NCBI GenBank assembly: GCA_963718375.1
Contig: CAVQZD010000005.1
Location: 652,841-716,840, forward strand
Direction of reading: 5' to 3'
DNA length: 64,000 nucleotides
From: an uncultured Actinomycetes bacterium
GTDB lineage: Bacteria; Actinomycetota; Thermoleophilia; RBG-16-64-13
In this document: in pieces, positions 1 through 10,235 of the stretch
How the letters are laid out: the number at the start of each line of letters is the position of its first letter
Numbering within the stretch: position 1 is the stretch's first letter
Made by a program: the position numbers and the translations under genes
The notes under the pieces: generated by a model
The model's database searches: none
Seen by the model: the letters and a program-made list of their open reading frames with translations, nothing else
What the model was told of the DNA's origin: nothing

Positions 1-539
1 CCAGTCGCGAGTACAACAATGACTTCGCCGATTGGTGCCGCGCGAGCCTGCACGACAATCGCATAGCTGAGCGCTTGGCCGTCATCGATCCGGCCGACTA
101 TTCCGACATGGAGGCCCTGCGCCAAGAGCTGATCGAGGTCATCGATGAAAGGCTGGACGAGACCGAGATGGTGCTTTTTGCACAGTCCGACCAGCAGTTC
201 CAGTTCGTCCGCGCGATCATCGTGCAGTTCGACACCCACAAGCGCATCAAGCACCCCAGGGAGCTGGTCGCTGAGCTACCCCAGCTGTCAGTCGGCAGCA
301 TCTTCTACCACTTCGTGGACGCCAGGCGGCGCGAACCCATCGCCGTCGACGACTTCAGAACTTGGCTTCAGGGCCTAGGACCTCAATACAACCCCCTGTG
401 CGACTCGCTGGCAGAGATCGACCCCTACTTCGACTCACTCTACGTGCTCAGGGAGCGCATAACGGAGGCCTTCGCCCGGTTCTTCAGCACGCCGCGATCC
501 AAGCGACCCACGCAGAGTACCGAAGGGCAGAAAGCATGA
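1..539 (+). CDS. hypothetical protein, 5'-partial. The reading frame stays open upstream of the listed TTG at 75 all the way to the window edge
   Basis: ORF track 75..539. No in-frame stop between position 3 and 75, so the gene probably starts upstream of the window. Acidic/helical composition. Overlaps the next start by 4 bp (ATGA). Confidence 0.45.
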   Translation, partial: SREYNNDFADWCRASLHDNRIAERLAVIDPADYSDMEALRQELIEVIDERLDETEMVLFAQSDQQFQFVRAIIVQFDTHKRIKHPRELVAELPQLSVGSIFYHFVDARRREPIAVDDFRTWLQGLGPQYNPLCDSLAEIDPYFDSLYVLRERITEAFARFFSTPRSKRPTQSTEGQKA

Positions 540-1795
540 GCGAGACCTCCAAACCCCAAGACCTGCTGGCCCGCTACGCCGAACACGCCGGTCACGACGC
601 AATAGAGCAACTCCTTCAACTGGCCAAACCTCTGCAGGGGTTGAAGGTGGTGCACGTCAATTCCACGCGACGCGGCGGCGGCGTCGCGGAGATCCTGGAG
701 ACGCTGGTACCGCTGATGCGGGCGCTGGGCATCGATGCCAGCTGGGAAGTCATCGCCGGCACGGAGGACTTCTTCGGCACCACCAAAGCCTTTCACAACT
801 CCCTGCAAGGCAAGACCATCCGCATCCCCGAGACGTCTCTACGCGCTTACGAAGAGGTCAATGCCAAGAACGCCGAGACGCTGCGCCCCTTGCTTGAAGA
901 AGCGGATGTGGTCTTCATCCACGACCCTCAGCCTGCTCCCCTTATCGCCTATTGCCCCAATCGCAGGGGCAAATGGATCTGGCGGTGCCACATCGATCTC
1001 AGCCACCCGTACCGCCCGACTTGGCGATATCTTAGACAGTTCCTGGTCGGTTACGACGCCAGCATCTTCTCTCTGGACGCGTTCGCGCCGCCCATGCCCC
1101 ACCTGGTGTTCCTTATCCCTCCCAGCATCGACCCCCTGAGCGAGAAGAACCTGCCTCTCGACCGGGAGACTGTCAAGCAGGTGCTAAGCGATTTCGGCAT
1201 CGACCCTGAGCGCCCCGTGATCACCCAGGTATCGCGCTTCGATCGCTTCAAGGACCCTTTGGGGGTCATCGAGGCCTATCGGTTAGCCACAGACTTCTTC
1301 CCCAGCCTGCAACTGGTACTTGCCGGAGGCAGCGCGGCCGACGACCCCGAGGGTCAAGAGGTGCTGCAAGAGGTCCGCGATGCGGCGGCCGACGACCCCG
1401 ACATCCACATCCTCTCTGACACGCACTACACCGATCGCGCCATCAACGCTCTCCAGACAGGTGCAGACATAGTGATGCAGAAGTCCATCCGTGAGGGCTT
1501 CGGGCTCACGGTCACCGAGGCTATGTGGAAGGGCAAGCCGGTCATCGGCGGCAACACGGGAGGCATCCGATTGCAGATCATCGACCACTACACCGGGTTC
1601 CTCGTCGACACACCTGAGGGGGCCGCCATGCGAATCCGCAACCTGCTCTCCGATCGCCCGAAGATGGAACGCATCGGCCAGGCCGGCCGCGAGCTGGTGC
1701 GTCAGAACTTCCTCACCACCCGTCACGTCCGGGAGTATCTGACCCTGATGGTAGCTCTGAGGTTCGGGGGCGACGACCGCATCTCACTGGGATAA
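536..1795 (+). CDS. treT: trehalose glycosyltransferring synthase TreT (GT4 family)
   Basis: ATG at 536 inside ORF 362..1795 (MSETSKPQDLL...). Contains the TreT-type motif VHVNSTRRGGGVAEILETLVPLMRALGIDASWEVI and a C-terminal GT4 EGFGLTVTEAM motif. Confidence 0.75.
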   Translation: MSETSKPQDLLARYAEHAGHDAIEQLLQLAKPLQGLKVVHVNSTRRGGGVAEILETLVPLMRALGIDASWEVIAGTEDFFGTTKAFHNSLQGKTIRIPETSLRAYEEVNAKNAETLRPLLEEADVVFIHDPQPAPLIAYCPNRRGKWIWRCHIDLSHPYRPTWRYLRQFLVGYDASIFSLDAFAPPMPHLVFLIPPSIDPLSEKNLPLDRETVKQVLSDFGIDPERPVITQVSRFDRFKDPLGVIEAYRLATDFFPSLQLVLAGGSAADDPEGQEVLQEVRDAAADDPDIHILSDTHYTDRAINALQTGADIVMQKSIREGFGLTVTEAMWKGKPVIGGNTGGIRLQIIDHYTGFLVDTPEGAAMRIRNLLSDRPKMERIGQAGRELVRQNFLTTRHVREYLTLMVALRFGGDDRISLG

Positions 1796-1800
1796 GGCGA

Positions 1801-3304
1801 ATGAACGCCAGACCCGTCAAGCGCTTGGTCGTAGTATCCAATCGCCTGCCTTTCGTCATCGAGCAAGAGGGCGACGACTGCAGGCTGAAGCCGGGCTCCG
1901 GGGGACTGGTCACCGCACTGGTGCCGGTGCTGCGCGACCGCGGCGGCGTCTGGATCGGCTGGGATGGCACTGCTGACAGCCCAGCTGGACTCGAAGAGGC
2001 TTTCGAGAGGGCCTCGCGCAAGACCGGCTACAGCCTCAAGACCATCTCCCTCACCCAGGAGGAGATAGACCGCTACTACCATGGCTACTCTAACGAGAGC
2101 ATCTGGCCCCTGTTTCACGACCTGCAGTCTCGGTGCGTGTTCCGACCCGAGTACTGGCCCACCTACATGAAGGTCAACCGCAAGTTCGCGCAGACGGTGG
2201 CGTCGGCAGCCAAAGGCGACGACTTCGTCTGGGTGCATGACTACCAGCTGATGGACGTGGCCCACCATCTGCGCGACCTGGGACACTGCGCGAAGCTGGG
2301 CTTCTTCCTGCACATACCGTTTCCCTCACCCGACATCTTCATGAAGCTCCCTGAGCGGCACGCCGTGCTCACGGCGCTGCTCGCCTACGACCTGGTCGGC
2401 TTTCAGACCGAGAGAGACCGGCGGAACTTCGTGCAGTGCATACGGGTACTCACCAAGAACATCAAGGTGAGGGCCGAGGGACATCTCCACCTCGTGAGCG
2501 TCGACGATCGAGAGATGCACCTGGGATCGTTCCCCATAGGCATCGACGCCGACAGCATGATCGAGGCGGCAGAGACGCCGGAGGTACTCGAGCAGTACCA
2601 GACCATCAAGGACAGGTACCACGACCGCCAACTCTTACTGGGCCTCGACCGTCTCGACTACACCAAGGGCATACCCGAGAGACTGCACGCCTATCGCCAA
2701 CCTCCTGGAGCGCTTCCCTGAGCTTCGCGGACAAGTGCAGCTGCTGCAGGTGGTTGTGCCCAGCCGGGAAAGCATCCATGAATATGCCGAGCTAAAGGCG
2801 GAGATCGAGCGACTGGTCGGGTCCATCAACGGCGAATACGCCGAGATGGGCTGGACCCCGGTGCTCTACTTCTTCAGGAGCGTCACCAAGACGGAGCTTC
2901 TGAGCTTGTACCGAGCGGCCGACATCGCCCTCATCACCCCCCTCAAGGACGGCATGAACCTGGTGGCCAAGGAGTTCTGTGCCTGCAGCGTCAGGGAAGA
3001 CTCAGTCCTGGTCCTCAGCCAGTTCGCTGGAGCCTCCGCCCAGTTGGGGCGAGCCGCGTTGGTGGTCAATCCTCACGACGTAGAACAGACTGCCGACGCC
3101 ATCTACAACGCCTTCAGGATGCCGCTCAGCGAGCGCCGCTACCGCATGAAGCGCCTCCGCAGCAATGTGCGGAGACAGAACGTCTTCTGGTGGGTCGACT
3201 CGTTCATGCGAGCGGCGATAGACCAGAGACTGACCGACTTCCCCCTCTTGAACGAGTACATACCGGAGCACCACGAGGGCCCCGAGTTCCACGAGAGTCA
3301 CTAG
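1801..3304 (+). CDS. otsA: alpha,alpha-trehalose-phosphate synthase OtsA (GT20), interrupted. Two ORFs (1801..2721 and 2735..3304) are joined by an apparent 1-nt frameshift near 2695-2702, so this is a possible pseudogene or sequencing error
   Basis: N-terminal [10 protein letters not shown] motif. Protein similarity continues across the frame change: ...[11 protein letters not shown] is in frame 1 and [24 protein letters not shown] is in frame 2, matching the OtsA ERFLAYEALLEKYP region. Confidence 0.6.
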
Positions 3305-3349
3305 GCGGATGAAGGCGCAGCCACCAGCGGCCACAGCTCCTGCATGAAG

Positions 3350-3640
3350 CTAATCCTGCCTGGACTCGCCCCCTGCCGTGCCCTGCTCGTCCAAAGCCGC
3401 GAGGATATCCTCGAGTTCAGCCACTTTTCCGCTGAGCGCCGACAACTCACTTGTCAGTCTACCGGCGGCCTGGCTCACCTTCGATCCGGCGGCTTCGCTG
3501 AGATCGTCCTCCTGGATGAGCTCTTCGATCTCGTCCAGGTAGAAGAAGGCCTCATCCAGCTTGAGCTTGGCCTTGTCGAGATTGCCGATTATGCGGTCCA
3601 ACGCACCCTCCCTTGAGGCTATAGGACGTATATTACACAT
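3350..3640 (-). CDS. small acidic coiled-coil hypothetical protein
   Basis: 96-aa ORF with ATG start. Asp/Glu/Leu-rich composition is unlike spurious high-GC ORFs. No recognisable domain and no clear SD. Confidence 0.35.
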   Translation of the reverse strand: MCNIRPIASREGALDRIIGNLDKAKLKLDEAFFYLDEIEELIQEDDLSEAAGSKVSQAAGRLTSELSALSGKVAELEDILAALDEQGTAGGESRQD

Positions 3641-3660
3641 ATACCCAGAAGGAGAGCGAC

Positions 3661-4363
3661 ATGCGCGGCCCCATCCGCAAGCACCTCAAGTTGCACATAC
3701 CCGACGCCGGCACGGTCACCGCCGTCGTCGATTCACCAGGTGCGGCCACGCTCGACGGTCCGGCACTAGTGCTCGCCCACGGAGCCAACAACAACCTCGA
3801 ATACCCACTGCTCGCCTACCTGGCTGAGAACCTCGCTTCCGATGTGTCGGCCACCGTGATCAGGTTCAACTTCCCCTACGTGGAGCGGGGCGGCCAACCC
3901 TCCTCCGATTCGGTCGACACCCTCTTGGAGACCTTCCGTCAGGCATACGCCTACCTGGTACAAGAAGCGGCGCCCGCCGGCGCGCGGGTGTTCGTAGGCG
4001 GCAAGTCGCTGGGCGGCCGCACGGCCGCGGAGCTGGTCTCGCGCCGTCCCGAAGGCGACGGCCTGCAGGCAGCGGGTCTCATCGAACTGGGCTATCCGTT
4101 ACACGCCCCCGGTCGCACCGACCGTATCAATCTCAAACCCCTGCGGCACATCGATATCCCTAGTCTCTTCTGCGTAGGCAGCCACGACGCGTTCTGCGAT
4201 CTGGAGTTGTTCACGCCGGTGTTGCCCACGCTGCTCGCCCCCGCAGAGCTCTACGTGGTTGAAGGCGGCGACCACTCACTACTCTTGCCTCGCTCGTCGG
4301 GCAAGGCGCCCAGAGGCCGCCTACCCTGGGATATTGGCCCGACTCATGGCCTTCATGAGCTAA
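3661..4363 (+). CDS. alpha/beta hydrolase (dienelactone hydrolase / KANL3-Tex30-like fold). An apparent frameshift near 4300-4320 makes the listed ORF run on to 4728
   Basis: AGGAGA RBS at 3646-3652. GGKSLGGR nucleophile-elbow-like motif, then GDHSL. The frame +2 continuation PEAAYPGILARLMAFMS-stop ends at 4361-4363, which looks like a genuine C-terminus. Confidence 0.5.
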
Positions 4364-5364
4364 GGTCCCGGCGGCGCGGGCTCCGCCGCCAGTTGCGGGC
4401 TGTCCCGCGAACCGAGGCGGGCCATCATCGTCCCTGCCAGCACCAGAGCGAAGCCGAGGGTCGTCCGCACCGTCACGCTGTCGTACCCCAGGGCGATGCC
4501 GCTCAGCAGGGCAAAGACGGCCTCGAGGCTCATGAGCACAGCGGCCAGGCTATCCGGCGTGTACTTCTGCCCCACCGCCATGAGCCAGTAAGCCACCACG
4601 CCGCCCATGATCCCCGTCCAGATGATGACACCCAGCGGCCCCCATCCCGGGAAAAGCACTGGGTGCTCCCAGGCGAAGCTCGTGATCAGGCACAGGACGG
4701 CGCAGGTAGCCAATTGCAGCATCACTAGGGCGGTCACGTCGTAGCGGGTACACGCGTATCCCACCACTACGATGTGAAAAGCCCAGAAGAAGCTGGCGAT
4801 CAGAGTCAGGGTCTCGCCCCACCCGAAATGCAGACTGCCGTAGATAGAGAGCACCGCCATGCCGGCCATGACCACGGCGATGCCCAACCAGACCATGAGC
4901 GACGGCCAGGTCTTTCTGCCCAGACCCACCATGAGCGGGACCAGCACAACGTATACACTCGTGAGAAAGCCCGAGATACCGGGAGACACCGTCTTCAGTG
5001 CCGCGGTTTGCAGCACGAAGCCGCAGAAGAGCAGAGCCCCCAGCCCGAAACCCAGTAGCCAGCCGCGCCGCTCCAACCTGCGGAGGCGTCCCATGCAGAA
5101 GGGGGCCATCACCAGCGCGGCCACCAAGAAACGCAGACCCAGATAGTACACGGGAGGCATCTGCTCCACCGCGCCCTTGACAAGGGTGAAGTTCACCCCC
5201 CAGATGATGCCTGCGAGGGCCAGTCCCAACTCGGCAAGCACCCGGATCCGCTTCGGAGTACCCGAGGCTCGCGCGAACACGCTGCGACCGCGAAAGACTT
5301 TTGATATAGGCATACCGACCACCACCCGTCGTAGGGCCATGGGCCGATCAGAGGGCTGCCCCAC
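4360..5364 (-). CDS. EamA/DMT-superfamily transporter (10 TM). Start uncertain: alternatives at 5340 and 5313
   Basis: Two EamA-like halves of 5 TM each. Convergent with the hydrolase; its TAG stop is at 4360-4362. Confidence 0.75.
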   Translation of the reverse strand: MGQPSDRPMALRRVVVGMPISKVFRGRSVFARASGTPKRIRVLAELGLALAGIIWGVNFTLVKGAVEQMPPVYYLGLRFLVAALVMAPFCMGRLRRLERRGWLLGFGLGALLFCGFVLQTAALKTVSPGISGFLTSVYVVLVPLMVGLGRKTWPSLMVWLGIAVVMAGMAVLSIYGSLHFGWGETLTLIASFFWAFHIVVVGYACTRYDVTALVMLQLATCAVLCLITSFAWEHPVLFPGWGPLGVIIWTGIMGGVVAYWLMAVGQKYTPDSLAAVLMSLEAVFALLSGIALGYDSVTVRTTLGFALVLAGTMMARLGSRDSPQLAAEPAPPGP

Positions 5365-5445
5365 GCAGGGGCGAAGATTATCCCCGGAGGCGCTACGTCG
5401 ATCGCAACAGCCAAGGCTATCGACAACGTTCTACGTAGAAAAATA

Positions 5446-5481
5446 GCATAGCCGACTCCGTTGGGGGGGAGTCGGCTATGC
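5446..5481. promoter_or_regulatory. long inverted repeat in the divergent EamA/LysR intergenic region. Candidate LysR operator
   Basis: Arms GCATAGCCGACTCC / GGAGTCGGCTATGC separated by an 8-nt loop. Both flanking genes point away from it, so it is not a terminator. Confidence 0.35.
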
Positions 5482-5643
5482 TGCGGGAAAGCTGCTCAGC
5501 CCTGCCACGATCTAGGAGGGGGGGTTCCGTCGACCGTGTATATTTCAGTGCTCAGCGACGTGCAATCTACGCCACCCGTCACTATAAGTCCAATACGAGT
5601 TATTGATGTCTGTCATTCACTGGTTTTATGATAAGCTCGCCCC

Positions 5644-6576
5644 ATGGAACTGGTGCAATTGCGGCATTTTGTGACCATCGCGGAGACTCTCAGCTTCACC
5701 AAGGCCGCGGAGTTGGCGCACATCTCCCAGCCTGCACTCAGTTACCAGATAAAGCGCCTCGAGAAGGAGTTGGGCGTCGAACTCTTCACCCGGCGTGGTC
5801 GATCGATCTCGCTCACGCCCGAAGGCGACATCTTCTTACCCATGGCCCAGTCACTACTGGCGCGCGCCAATGAGGCCGTGCGGATGGTTCGCGACCAGTC
5901 CGGCATAGAGACCGGCGAGGTCAGCGTGGGGCTGTTACCCTCGATAGCCAACTACCTGGCTCCTGAACTCATGGCCTCTTATCATCAGGTCTTCCCCCGG
6001 GTCCACGTGACCCTGTTAGAGAGCGGAGACCTGACCCTCCAACAGCGAGTGGCCACCGGCGCAGCAGATTTCGCCATCGTAGGCGATGTGGAGGCCTTGA
6101 CTACCCTGGACTCCACCCACCTGGGCTCTGAATCCCTGTTCCTCGTCACGTCGCCATCTCACAGACTGGCGAACGAGGTCACTGTCGAGATCTCCCAACT
6201 CCGACATGAAGAGTTCACACTGCCCTCATCCGACTACCGGTTCCGGGAACAGATCATCGAGACCTGCCGCCGAGAAGGGTTCGAGCCAGAGGTCACCTAC
6301 ACAGCCGACACCATGGGCACCCTCAAGGGCTTCGTGCGAGCCGGCCTTGCTGTCTCGATCTTGCCGGCCCTGGCCTTGGTGGGCATGTTTCGAAACGGGA
6401 TGGCCGTACTCAGAATCAAGGAGGGGCTCTCTCGCAACCTCTATTTGGTCCGCTCCAAGGATAGGGACATTTCCCAGCCCGCCCAGGTACTCCTTACTCA
6501 TATGCGGTCGGCAGTGATCGATCGGATGACGTTTCCGCCGAGAGGCAGGCGCCCAACACAGACCTCTCCCGACTGA
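5644..6576 (+). CDS. LysR-family transcriptional regulator
   Basis: N-terminal HTH LRHFVTIAETLSFTKAAELAHISQPALSYQIKRLEKELGVELF plus a LysR substrate-binding domain. Confidence 0.85.
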   Translation: MELVQLRHFVTIAETLSFTKAAELAHISQPALSYQIKRLEKELGVELFTRRGRSISLTPEGDIFLPMAQSLLARANEAVRMVRDQSGIETGEVSVGLLPSIANYLAPELMASYHQVFPRVHVTLLESGDLTLQQRVATGAADFAIVGDVEALTTLDSTHLGSESLFLVTSPSHRLANEVTVEISQLRHEEFTLPSSDYRFREQIIETCRREGFEPEVTYTADTMGTLKGFVRAGLAVSILPALALVGMFRNGMAVLRIKEGLSRNLYLVRSKDRDISQPAQVLLTHMRSAVIDRMTFPPRGRRPTQTSPD

Positions 6577-6828
6577 GGACCCGGCTCGAGTAGGGGCAGT
6601 CGCGCCGCGCCACGGCCCGGCGCGCACTCGGCGACCGAGACTCACTCGAGTCGGATTGGGGGCCGACGGCTTTTCTTGAGCCCGGTGGGCGCGAGACCCC
6701 AGAGCCAGGGTGAGCTAGGCGCGAGGGGAACGCGCCCAGCGAGCGAAAGACGCGAGGGCTCTCCCGAGCCCGGGTGGGACGAGGCTCGCCTGGGCGGCGC
6801 GATGAGCGCGGGTCAGGCTAGGATGCAG

Positions 6829-6853
6829 GAAGGGCCCGTAGCACCGCTACGGG
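6829..6853 (-). terminator. GC-rich hairpin about 80 nt downstream of ilvC. Putative terminator without a U-tract
   Basis: GGGCCCGTAG cacc CTACGGGCCC, a perfect 10-bp stem between convergent genes. Confidence 0.3.
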
Positions 6854-6933
6854 CCCTTCTGAAGACGACGCATGTCCCCGCTCAGTGCGGCCGCGCAGGC
6901 CGAAGCTCGGTCCAAGCGGGGGAGGGACCAGCC

Positions 6934-7941
6934 CTACTCGAGTTTGCCGGACTTGCCCAACCAGGGCATCATGTCCCGCAGTTTGCGCCCCACGACCTCG
7001 ATCATGTGTTCGGACTCTTCGCGCTTGATAGCGTTGTAGACCGGGCGTCCGGCCATGTTCTCCAGGATCCACTCTCGGGCGAATTCGCCGCTCTGGATCT
7101 CTTCCAGGATGTAAGCCATCTCTTCGCGCACCTCGTCACTGATGACACGCTTGCCGCGCGTCATGTCGCCGTACTCGGCGGTGTCAGAGATGCTGTAGCG
7201 CATGCCGCTGATGCCGTGCTCGTGGATAAGGTCCACGATCAGCTTCAGCTCGTGCAGGCACTCGAAGTAGGCCACCTCCGGCTGATAGCCCGCCTCCACC
7301 AAGGTCTCAAAACCGGCGCGGATGAGCTCGCTGCAACCGCCGCACAGAACAGCCTGCTCTCCGAACAGGTCGGTCTCGGTCTCTTCTTTGAACGTGGTCT
7401 CGATGACGCCCGCGCGCAGGGCGCCGATGCCCTTGGCGTAAGAGAGCGCGCGGGCGCGGGCCTTGCCGGTGGCGTCTTGATACACGGCCACCAGGGACGG
7501 CACGCCGCCGCCCTCAGTGTAGACACGGCGGACCAGGTGGCCCGGACCTTTGGGGGCGACCATGGTCACGTCCACACCCTTGGGTGGGACTATCTGGTTG
7601 TAGTGGATGTTGAATCCGTGGGCGAACATGAGCATGTCGCCGTCTTTGAGGTTGCCCCTGATAGCCGACTCGTAGACGATCTTCTGAGTCTGGTCGGGCA
7701 CCACCATCATGATGACCTCGGCGAGGGCCGCCGCCGCATCGGCTGTCATGACCTGGAAACCGGCCTCGGCCGCACGCTCCCAAGCGGGGGTGCCGGGAGC
7801 CTCAGCCACCACCACCTCGACGCCGCTGTCTCTCAGGTTCTGCGAATGTGCGTGACCTTGACTGCCAAAGCCTATGATGGCGACCTTCTTACCCTTAAGA
7901 AGACCGAGGTCGCCATCCTTCTCGTACAGCATCTCCACCAT
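6934..7941 (-). CDS. ilvC: ketol-acid reductoisomerase
   Basis: [20 protein letters not shown]ossmann motif and full-length KARI similarity. Start is the ATG of MVEML, preceded by AGGAGG. Confidence 0.9.
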   Translation of the reverse strand: MVEMLYEKDGDLGLLKGKKVAIIGFGSQGHAHSQNLRDSGVEVVVAEAPGTPAWERAAEAGFQVMTADAAAALAEVIMMVVPDQTQKIVYESAIRGNLKDGDMLMFAHGFNIHYNQIVPPKGVDVTMVAPKGPGHLVRRVYTEGGGVPSLVAVYQDATGKARARALSYAKGIGALRAGVIETTFKEETETDLFGEQAVLCGGCSELIRAGFETLVEAGYQPEVAYFECLHELKLIVDLIHEHGISGMRYSISDTAEYGDMTRGKRVISDEVREEMAYILEEIQSGEFAREWILENMAGRPVYNAIKREESEHMIEVVGRKLRDMMPWLGKSGKLE

Positions 7942-8010
7942 CAACCTCCTACTACGGATCAGTCCCAGCAAGTTACCATACCTGCGCACCCAGACGCCGC
8001 GGGTGCGCGT

Positions 8011-8496
8011 CTATGTCGCCTTCTTGCCCCGGCCCATCGCCAAGCGACCAGTGCGCATCAACTCCAATATCCCGAAAGGCTGAAGCAGGTCGGTGAAGGC
8101 GCTGACCTTGTCATGAGTGCCGGTCATCTCAATGAGCAGCACCTCACTACTGACATCGGCGACCTTGGCCCCGAACAGCTCAGCCATCTGCATTATCTCG
8201 GGCCGCGTGCTCACGTCGGCCTTGACCTTGATCAGGAGGAGCTCGCGCTCCACGCTGTCCTCGGGATCCAGTGTCGTTATCTTGAGCACATTGATCAGCT
8301 TGTGCAGCTGTTTGGTGATCTGCTCCACCGAGCGGTCCTGCTCGCCCACAGTGATAGTCATGCGCGACAAGGTCTCATCCTCGGTCTCAGCGACCACTAG
8401 GCTGTCGATGTTGAAGCCGCGCCGCGCGAACAGCCCGGCGACCCTGACCAAGACGCCCGGTCTGTTCTCGACCAGGACTGACAGAGTGTGTTTCAT
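8011..8496 (-). CDS. ilvN: acetolactate synthase small (regulatory) subunit
   Basis: ACT domain LSVLVENRPGVLVRVAGLFARRGFNIDSL. ATG at 8496 preceded by GAGGGG. Confidence 0.85.
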   Translation of the reverse strand: MKHTLSVLVENRPGVLVRVAGLFARRGFNIDSLVVAETEDETLSRMTITVGEQDRSVEQITKQLHKLINVLKITTLDPEDSVERELLLIKVKADVSTRPEIMQMAELFGAKVADVSSEVLLIEMTGTHDKVSAFTDLLQPFGILELMRTGRLAMGRGKKAT

Positions 8497-8524
8497 GGCC
8501 GGCACCCCCTCGCGCCACGCGCGC

Positions 8525-10216
8525 TCACGGCTCGCGCTCCATCATGTCGTGGACCGAACCCCCCGCAGGGATCATCGGGAACACATTGGCCTCGCGCTTG
8601 ACGCGGATGTCGATGACGGCCGGGCGGTCGCTCGCCAGGCCCGCGCGCAGGACCTCCTCCAGCTCCTCTGGCTTCTCTGCCCGATAGCCCTCGGCGCCGT
8701 AGGCTTCGGCCAACTTGACGAAGTCAGGTTGGACATCCACGCAGGTATGACTGTAGTGCTTGTTCCAGAAGAGTTCCTGCCACTGCCGCACCATCCCCAG
8801 ATACATGTTGTTGAGGATGCAGACCTTCACGGGCAGATTGCACTGCACCGCCGTGGCCAACTCCTGAAGGGTCATCTGGAACGAACCGTCTCCGGCGATG
8901 TCGATCACCAGCTTGTCCGGACACGCCACCTGCGCGCCGATGGCAGCGGGGAAGCCGAAGCCCATAGTGCCCAAGCCGCCCGAGCTGATGAAGTGTCGGG
9001 GATACTTGGCGAGGTAGTGCTGGGCGGCCCACATCTGGTTCTGCCCCACTTCCGTGGTGACGATCGCCTCCCCACCGGTTATCTCCCAGATCATGCGCAC
9101 CGCTGCTTCGGGCATGATCTCTCCGTCCTCGCAGTCTCGCACCACAAGAGGATGCTTCCGCTTCCAGGCTTCGACTTGTTCCATCCAAGCCACGTGACGG
9201 TCAGGCGACAGCTCCAGCTTCTTGAGTTCGGCAGTCAGTCCAGCGAGCACCGTCTTGGCATCCCCCACTATCGGCACGTCCACCGCGACGTTCTTGGAGA
9301 TCTCCGCCGGATCGAGATCTATGTGGATGATGGTCGCCTCAGGCGCGAAGTCCTGGAGCCGGCCGGTGACCCGGTCGTCGAAGCGCGCCCCCACCGCTAT
9401 GAGGAGGTCGGCCTTGCTCACCGCGTAATTGGCGTACTGCGTGCCGTGCATGCCCAGCATACCCATGGCCAGATGATGGTCTTCGGGGAAGCAACCCTTG
9501 CCGGTCAGCGTAGTGGTGACCGGGATGTTGCTGTAGACGGCCATCTCGCGCAGCTCTTCGGATGCGTTCGCGATGGTCACCCCGCCGCCGGCATATATGA
9601 CCGGGCGTTCGGCGGCGGCGACGACTCGCGCCGCCTCTCTTATCTGCTTGGGGTGTCCCTTGAGATTGGGCTTGTAGCCAGGCAGCCTGATCTCGGGCAC
9701 CGCCTTGGGGTCGTAGTCCATCTCCTCTTTGGTGACGTCCACAGGGATGTCTATGAGCACGGGCCCAGGACGGCCGGTGCCGGCTATGTAGAAGGCTTCC
9801 CGGATGATGCGAGGCAGGTCCTTCTCGTCCTTGACCAAGTAGCTGTGCTTGACGATAGGCAGGGTGATGCCGGTGATATCGGCCTCCTGGAACGAATCCA
9901 GGCCGATGAGGTTGCGGCTCACCTGCCCCGTGATGGCCACCATGGGCACGCTGTCCATGTAGGCGTTGGCGATAGGCGTGACCAGGTTGGTGGCGCCGGG
10001 GCCCGAGGTGGCCAAGCACACACCCACCTTGCCAGACGCCCTTGCGTAACCGTCGGCGGCATGGCCGGCGCCCTGCTCGTGCCTGACCAGGATGTGATTC
10101 AGATCCGATTCGTAGATGGCGTCGTACAGAGGGATGACCTGGCCCCCTGGGAAGCCGAATATGGTATCGACCCCCTCGCGCTTCAGCGCTTCGAGGATCA
10201 CTTGAGACGCTTTCAT
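8525..10216 (-). CDS. ilvB: acetolactate synthase large subunit (TPP enzyme)
   Basis: N-terminal GVDTIFGFPGG motif, TPP-binding GDGSFQM motif. GAGGGG RBS 5 nt upstream of the start. Confidence 0.9.
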   Translation of the reverse strand: MKASQVILEALKREGVDTIFGFPGGQVIPLYDAIYESDLNHILVRHEQGAGHAADGYARASGKVGVCLATSGPGATNLVTPIANAYMDSVPMVAITGQVSRNLIGLDSFQEADITGITLPIVKHSYLVKDEKDLPRIIREAFYIAGTGRPGPVLIDIPVDVTKEEMDYDPKAVPEIRLPGYKPNLKGHPKQIREAARVVAAAERPVIYAGGGVTIANASEELREMAVYSNIPVTTTLTGKGCFPEDHHLAMGMLGMHGTQYANYAVSKADLLIAVGARFDDRVTGRLQDFAPEATIIHIDLDPAEISKNVAVDVPIVGDAKTVLAGLTAELKKLELSPDRHVAWMEQVEAWKRKHPLVVRDCEDGEIMPEAAVRMIWEITGGEAIVTTEVGQNQMWAAQHYLAKYPRHFISSGGLGTMGFGFPAAIGAQVACPDKLVIDIAGDGSFQMTLQELATAVQCNLPVKVCILNNMYLGMVRQWQELFWNKHYSHTCVDVQPDFVKLAEAYGAEGYRAEKPEELEEVLRAGLASDRPAVIDIRVKREANVFPMIPAGGSVHDMMEREP

Positions 10217-10235
10217 GTTCTTCCCCTCGCGGATA

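Noticed and set aside
3661-4728. run-on 355-aa version of the hydrolase ORF
   Set aside because: Downstream of about 4310 the translation is Arg/His/Pro-rich nonsense overlapping the EamA gene antisense. The +2 frame gives a credible C-terminus ending at 4363.
6676-8400. 574-aa plus-strand ORF
   Set aside because: Lies antisense to ilvC and ilvN, which have strong homology. Arg/Ala/Gly/His-rich composition is typical of spurious ORFs in high-GC DNA.
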